Part shown: in pieces, positions 27,071 through 32,000 of the stretch | How the letters are laid out: every line of letters starts with the position of its first letter | Numbering within the stretch: the stretch's first letter is position 1 | Assembly: GCF_000015145.1 (NCBI RefSeq) | Contig: NC_008818.1 | Coordinates: 720,001-752,000, forward strand | DNA from: Hyperthermus butylicus DSM 5456 | GTDB taxonomy: Archaea; Thermoproteota; Thermoprotei_A; Sulfolobales; Pyrodictiaceae | Direction of reading: 5' to 3' | Length of the DNA: 32,000 bases | The notes under the pieces: model-generated | Seen by the model: the letters and a program-made list of their open reading frames with translations, nothing else | Database searches by the model: none | What the model was told of the DNA's origin: nothing | Translations under genes and position numbers: made by a program

Positions 27071-28561
27071 TTGGGCTTGCCGCGTATTGTACGGCTTCCT
27101 GGGGCGCCACCAGTACCTGGCGCCGTGGACGCCGGGTCTATTGAGGAGGCCGTGGAGGTTGCCGTCGAGGAGGCTTCCCGTGAAGAGGAGGTCTTGATTG
27201 TTGGCCGTGGCGCGTGGGAGGCCTACGGCGAGGCTGCGTGGAGGCTGCGGATGGAGGGTGGCAACTTCTACCTCTTGGAGGCCCTCGATGCTGACGAGGA
27301 GAAGCTGCACCGTGACGGGGCTTCGAAGCTGTTCATGGCGCGTCTAGCCTATCTTGCTAGACGCCGTGCCCGCGACGCTGTCTTAGAGCCTGCTGGCGGG
27401 GGGAAGAGGGTTAGCCGCCGCACGTTGCTCCGCACAGCTGTTGTCGGCTCCGCCATGGACTACACGGAGAAGCCGATACATGACCAGCTCTGCGGGAAGA
27501 AGCCCCTCGGAGACTACTGTAGCTGGTGCCTAGACGCTTGCGACGTTGAGGGGGGTTGCGCCGCATCCGCCGCGCTGTGCGGTGTTGAGCTGCTCCACGT
27601 GCCCGGGTATTCCCGGGCTGGGCTCCAGGACATGCTGCGGCTCCTCTCCATCACGGGGCCCGGCTACGCCCTAATAGCTCCACGCTCCGTGCTCGCCAAG
27701 CTCGTCCAGGAGCTAGGCAATAGCAGCCCCGGCCATCCCGTTGTCGTTGTGCCGGTCTCCTGCCCCTACGTCGTCGGGCTCGAGGAGCTTCTCGCCCTCC
27801 GGGGCCTCGGCCTGGAGCCCATCATGGTTGACGATGGCTGGGAACGGGAGCTGAGGAGGTGTAGGGAGAGCCGCAAAACATACCTCGAAACCGTGGCTGC
27901 CGACTACGAGGGGATTACCGGGGCCAGCCTCGCCATTGTGGAGGCCGGCAAGGCTGTCGGGCTCGTGCAGGAGGAGCCGGGCCTGGAGCCGCTCGGGGAC
28001 GCGCTGGAGCTGCTCGGGAGAGGGCTGAGGCCCCTAGCGCTAGCTGTCGCCAAGAGGTCTGGGGTCTCGGCCGATCTGCGGACAGGGTTCACGGGGCTAG
28101 TAATAGTTGACCAGGAGCGCTGCACCCTCTGCGGCGCCTGCGCTAAGGAGTGCCCGACGGGCGCCCTCAAGCTGAGGGAGGAGGCGGAGGGTTCGGCTCT
28201 GCTCTTCCTGCATGACCGCTGCATAGCGTGCGGCTGGTGCCGGGAGGTCTGCCCAGAGGACGCGATAACGGTTAAGCGGGCCATAAACCCCGCCATCATA
28301 GACTCGCTGGTATCCCTCGTGGCAGGGGAGGAGCTGCGCTGCATAGTCTGCGGCAACCCGGTAGGCCCAACGAGGATGGTCGAGAAGGTCGTGGAGAAGC
28401 TGTTAGCGTCGGGCATCGACCCGGAGAAGATGCCTACTATACTCATGTGCAGCACGTGCAAGCAGAAGTATAGCCTAGGCCTCATAGACGAGGCGAAGGT
28501 AGACTGGGAGGCCCTGCGACGCTTCGTGCAGCGGGCACGAGCTAGGACAGCGGCTGGATAG
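27071..28561 (+). CDS. Cysteine-rich 4Fe-4S ferredoxin-domain protein, uncharacterised
   Basis: 496 aa. Two ferredoxin motifs CTLCGACAKECP and CIACGWCREVCP, plus CSWCLDACDVEGGCAASAALC and C-terminal CIVCGNP...CSTCKQKY. Confidence 0.85.
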   Translation: MGLPRIVRLPGAPPVPGAVDAGSIEEAVEVAVEEASREEEVLIVGRGAWEAYGEAAWRLRMEGGNFYLLEALDADEEKLHRDGASKLFMARLAYLARRRARDAVLEPAGGGKRVSRRTLLRTAVVGSAMDYTEKPIHDQLCGKKPLGDYCSWCLDACDVEGGCAASAALCGVELLHVPGYSRAGLQDMLRLLSITGPGYALIAPRSVLAKLVQELGNSSPGHPVVVVPVSCPYVVGLEELLALRGLGLEPIMVDDGWERELRRCRESRKTYLETVAADYEGITGASLAIVEAGKAVGLVQEEPGLEPLGDALELLGRGLRPLALAVAKRSGVSADLRTGFTGLVIVDQERCTLCGACAKECPTGALKLREEAEGSALLFLHDRCIACGWCREVCPEDAITVKRAINPAIIDSLVSLVAGEELRCIVCGNPVGPTRMVEKVVEKLLASGIDPEKMPTILMCSTCKQKYSLGLIDEAKVDWEALRRFVQRARARTAAG

Positions 28562-28610
28562 GCAGCTGTTTAAAAGGCCACGCCGCAGCCTAGCAGCTGG
28601 GAGCACGGGT

Positions 28611-29090
28611 ATGAGCATGCAGGTAACCGTGAAATACGACGAGGTACGCGAGGCGCTCCAAACGCTAACCGGGCTAAAGCTCCGAGGCAACATTAGCGGC
28701 CCCCCAACCTCCAGGCTCCCCCTCCGCAGGATAGTAGAGGACGCCATGAAGCCGAGGATAGCCGCTGTAGAGGAGTATCGCGGCAGCAGGATAGTAGCAG
28801 TGAAGATAGACGATAGCCTCTACCTGGTCTGCCACTTCGGGCTAGACCAGCCAGACGACTTCTGCATAGCGCTGGAAGGCGAGAACGCTTGGCAGCGCGT
28901 AGCCGAAGCCGCAGACAAGCTCTCGAGGAAGATGAACGAGTCCTACACGCTCACCCTCTCAGCCATAATCCACGCCCTCCAGGGAATCATAACCGGCGAA
29001 GAGGAGGAGGTAGAGGAGATAACCGACCCAGACCAGGTCATCGAGGAGCTGCTAACCTGGCTCCCCGAGTACATAGCAGTGGTAGAGTAA
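28611..29090 (+). CDS. Hypothetical protein downstream of the ferredoxin-domain gene
   Basis: 159 aa, acidic C-terminus, begins 50 nt after the previous stop in the same orientation. Confidence 0.65.
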   Translation: MSMQVTVKYDEVREALQTLTGLKLRGNISGPPTSRLPLRRIVEDAMKPRIAAVEEYRGSRIVAVKIDDSLYLVCHFGLDQPDDFCIALEGENAWQRVAEAADKLSRKMNESYTLTLSAIIHALQGIITGEEEEVEEITDPDQVIEELLTWLPEYIAVVE

Positions 29091-29333
29091 GCCTCCCCGA
29101 GACCGCCAGTTATGCCACGAACACTCTGAAAACGAGCATGCTCAGCAAAACTCCACTTCCGAAACCATAGCCTACTTTGAAACATCCACGACTGGATTCT
29201 CTTAAGAGCGTTGACCTCCTCCTGCCCGGACTACTCTGCCAGTCTAACAGCTGTGAAATACAGCATCTCTCTCTCGAAGAAAAATTGAAGAGTCATACAG
29301 TGCAGAATTGAACATGAGAGGAAGGGGGCTTCT

Positions 29334-31295
29334 ATGCCCTCATTGAGGGCTAAAACCGTTATTGCAGCTTCCCTCGCAGCCGTTGTGCTCGCAGGCATAG
29401 CATTCTACGTGTCGCCAATACTGTCCGGCTACTTCCCGAAGCCGGGAACTGTAACTATTGTACTTGAGCCAAGCATATATAAAGCGGCTGGCAGGGAGTT
29501 CTCAGGGCATGGCCACATCTATATCAGCTACGGGGATAAGATTATTCACCGCGAGCTTGTTAAGGAGCTTGAGGAGGTTAAGGCCGGTAGAACGGTTAGG
29601 GTGCAGGTAGAGATACCGGATAACATTCTCGATGATTGGGCTAGGCATAGCAGGGCGCTAAAGCAGCTGCTCGCCGAGCAGAATTATGGGGTATCTGTCG
29701 AGATACCAGCTGTGACAGTCACATTCTACTTCACGTCTCCCAGCAGCAAAGTGAAGATCTGTACGGCAACCTACTCCGCAAGAGACTGGTACCTGGAGAA
29801 GCTCCATAACCCCATAGAGGCGGGCAAAAAGACCATCGAGGACCCCTTAAGGATGTTCGTCGAGGGAGCCATTATAAGGATAAACAGTGAGAAGCTGCGC
29901 TGCGGCACAGTGGAGACAAAAGCCCTTGAGGAGGCGCTAGTAGAAAACCTACAGAGCCGTGGCGTCAAGGCTAGCTGGCAGCCCGGCTTCGGGCTAGTCA
30001 TAGGCGGGAACAAGACAGCAATGGTGGTAGCTAAGCCGGGTAAAACCGTAGACGGCTTAACAGCTACCACCACTGCTAGCAACTGTCCAGGCTACATGGA
30101 AGTAGTGTACAATTGGGACCTCTACAACTCCAGGTACAGCCCGCCCAGCAGCTGGTACGAGAGGCTGAGAGGCATACCTCGGAGCCAGGCAGAATGCCTA
30201 TGGAGGCTCTTCGCTGAGACATACTCGAAGAAGTACTACTTCAACGCAGACATCTACAGCTACGACGAGGCCAGAAGCTACACCGTAAACAAGCTCGGCG
30301 GCGGCCTATACCCAATGCAGAACTTCATAGCCAGGCTCATAAACACCAACGGTGGCGCATGCACTGGAGGCTACATACCAACATGGTACCCCTCACCAGT
30401 ACCAGACCCCAACCCAACACTAGACACGCCATGGCTGGGAGTAGTACTCTCATACACAACAACAGACCTAGAAACATTCAAACCGATACAAGTGTCTGGA
30501 GCATTGGCAGCAGGCAAGCTACAGTTCGCATACAGCGGTATATCATTCTTCGGCATACCGGTATGGGAGAACCCGTACGGCGGACTCCAGATGTATGCAA
30601 GCCCTGCCGGAACATCGGCTGAGGAACGAGCTTATGTGTTAGCTCCTACAATGTTTCTCTACCTGGGTGATGCAGCAGTCGTACTCTTCAACTCGGAGAC
30701 AGTAACGTTTCCGGATGGATGCCGCTACTATGTGTTCTGGGCTGACGTGGCGTTCATCCCGCTCTACAAGATACAAAGCGTGGACTGGTCCAAGATGAAA
30801 CCTGATCATCTAGACTTGACACAACTTCCTCCCAACTATATGGCGCTTAGCTGGAGCGCTCACGCAGAGCTAGTAAAATACGCCTATGCTGGAACCCGGA
30901 AAGAGACATTGCTCTATGAAACTTCATCGGCTGATGTGGTGGAGGGTGGTGCTGGCCTAGCAGCAGCGATATACTCTGTGTACCAGCCCTGGCTAGAGTC
31001 CGTGCTCAGCGGCATCCTGGGTACTACAGGGAACATACTAGCGTCCTACATGGTTTCCGTGATTAAAGCCGCTATAGGCTTTACCCAGTTCACCATAGAG
31101 GGTGAGGGCATGGCACACGCTGTTGAAGTAAGAGTGCAGGATGTAACGCCATATGCGTATCCTATTAGGATCTATAAGATGAGATGCCCTGACGTGCTTG
31201 CCGAGGAGTATACGTCGATAGGCTATGAGCCGTATACTGTAGAGTATATTGTTGAGGCAGGCGAGTATACTGGCGCTCCCCCTGGCGCGACCTAG
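29334..31295 (+). CDS. Large secreted or membrane-anchored protein, uncharacterised
   Basis: 653 aa with N-terminal KTVIAASLAAVVLAGIAFYVSPILSGYF signal/anchor. Extracellular-style composition (Tyr/Ser/Thr/Pro-rich, several Cys). gaggaagg-type SD about 10 nt before the ATG. Confidence 0.8.
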   Translation: MPSLRAKTVIAASLAAVVLAGIAFYVSPILSGYFPKPGTVTIVLEPSIYKAAGREFSGHGHIYISYGDKIIHRELVKELEEVKAGRTVRVQVEIPDNILDDWARHSRALKQLLAEQNYGVSVEIPAVTVTFYFTSPSSKVKICTATYSARDWYLEKLHNPIEAGKKTIEDPLRMFVEGAIIRINSEKLRCGTVETKALEEALVENLQSRGVKASWQPGFGLVIGGNKTAMVVAKPGKTVDGLTATTTASNCPGYMEVVYNWDLYNSRYSPPSSWYERLRGIPRSQAECLWRLFAETYSKKYYFNADIYSYDEARSYTVNKLGGGLYPMQNFIARLINTNGGACTGGYIPTWYPSPVPDPNPTLDTPWLGVVLSYTTTDLETFKPIQVSGALAAGKLQFAYSGISFFGIPVWENPYGGLQMYASPAGTSAEERAYVLAPTMFLYLGDAAVVLFNSETVTFPDGCRYYVFWADVAFIPLYKIQSVDWSKMKPDHLDLTQLPPNYMALSWSAHAELVKYAYAGTRKETLLYETSSADVVEGGAGLAAAIYSVYQPWLESVLSGILGTTGNILASYMVSVIKAAIGFTQFTIEGEGMAHAVEVRVQDVTPYAYPIRIYKMRCPDVLAEEYTSIGYEPYTVEYIVEAGEYTGAPPGAT

Positions 31296-31383
31296 AACGA
31301 CAATACTAGCACCCGGCTGCAGCACCCAACATTTTAATATTCTTCAATATTAGCAATAGTTATATACATTATAAACTTTGAAC

Positions 31384-31401
31384 ACTACGAACACTACGGT
31401 A
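31384..31401. repeat. 9-bp tandem direct repeat (gaacactac x2), approximate position, in AT-rich intergenic DNA
   Basis: Read as tttgaacactacgaacactacggt, just after aatattcttcaatatt. Confidence 0.7.
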
Positions 31402-31568
31402 GCAATACAGGGACTCGCCAAGCCCCGGCTTGACATAGAACTTTGTGGCTAGTGGTAGGCTCTTATATTGATGGTTTAAGCTAGAAATAGTGGTGTCCAG
31501 GGAAGAGTGTAGGTTTATGTGGCAATAGACGTGCTACCAGCGTGTCCAGGGTGGGGTTCGAAAGGCGA

Positions 31569-31763
31569 ATGTTGAGGCCTTGGGTGGTGAAGAGGAGAAG
31601 CGGTTTTAGGGCCTTAGAGGTGGATGATGAAGAGTTTTAGTTTGCCGTTGCAGCCAAGCTGGTTATACTTGAGATCCTAGACGAACTGAAGGGGCTGAGG
31701 GAAGACTTACAAGCTCTACAAACCCCCCTACCTAGAGAGTCTGAGCACGGCAAGAGGTTTTGA
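31569..31763 (+). pseudogene. Small helical ORF with in-frame TAG at 31638-31640
   Basis: MLRPWVVKRRSGFRALEVDDEEF*FAVAAKLVILEILDELKGLREDLQALQTPLPRESEHGKRF*. Both halves are in one frame. Confidence 0.35.
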
Positions 31764-32000
31764 CGGGTCAAACGTCGCGGAGGTACATAGGATGGGCCAC
31801 ATTGTCTGCCCATTCTTGCTCGAGAAGAGCCAGACCGGGGAAGGTTGCTAGAGAGGTGTTGAGCTGGTAGTGGCAGTAGGATCCGCGCCGGGCTCAAGCG
31901 CTAGTCGCTGGTGGGTAAGCGCACGGCTTTACCAGCAACGGAAAAACCGAGGTTCACTTCTTATGGGCTACTTGTAAGCCAGACCCTTTTCACGTCAGGT

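Noticed and set aside
27904-28485. 193-aa minus-strand ORF inside the ferredoxin-domain gene
   Set aside because: Ser/Ala/Pro-rich shadow frame, antisense to an unambiguous 4Fe-4S coding sequence.
31540-31570. tRNA T-loop-like string ggggttcgaa
   Set aside because: No flanking T-stem complementarity, anticodon arm or acceptor stem could be assembled.
1-32000. CRISPR arrays, cas genes, transposases or rRNA
   Set aside because: No regularly spaced direct repeats, no terminal inverted repeats with a transposase ORF, and no rRNA-like conserved blocks were seen by eye. A tool-based scan would still be needed.

Overview
The window looks like a gene-dense chromosomal segment of a hyperthermophilic crenarchaeon (Desulfurococcales/Pyrodictiaceae-like). 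That placement is inferred from protein families and codon style, not from a search. Recognisable intact genes: a DUF72 protein, an AbrB/VapB + PIN/VapC pair, a TsaA/TrmO-like protein, a tungsten aldehyde:ferredoxin oxidoreductase (AOR) family member, two B12-binding radical SAM proteins, an AAA/P-loop ATPase, an MFS transporter, an aldo/keto reductase, a class II glutamine amidotransferase, a hypF-hypC-hypD hydrogenase maturation cluster, a DUF134 HTH protein, a ferredoxin-domain Cys-rich protein, and a large uncharacterised secreted/anchored protein. No CRISPR array, rRNA or convincing tRNA was seen. The most unusual structure is not a new intact system. It is an unusually dense set of interrupted genes that the ORF track splits or misses: an nfeD-stomatin (SPFH) pair where both genes carry frameshifts plus in-frame TAG codons; a PIN gene with a 1-nt frameshift beside an intact AbrB gene; a PIN C-terminal remnant abutting a truncated signal-peptide ORF; an AF2212/DUF104-like antitoxin broken by a perfect 13-bp tandem duplication; a possible TumE-like toxin stub after an intact partner-like gene; and two further ORF chains with in-frame stops. 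The main question is whether these are real decay, recoding or assembly errors. Other leads are an AOR paralogue apparently missing one iron-sulfur cysteine ligand, a pair of B12-radical SAM genes around a small membrane protein, the Cys-rich ferredoxin protein next to hyp genes, and the 653-aa secreted protein.
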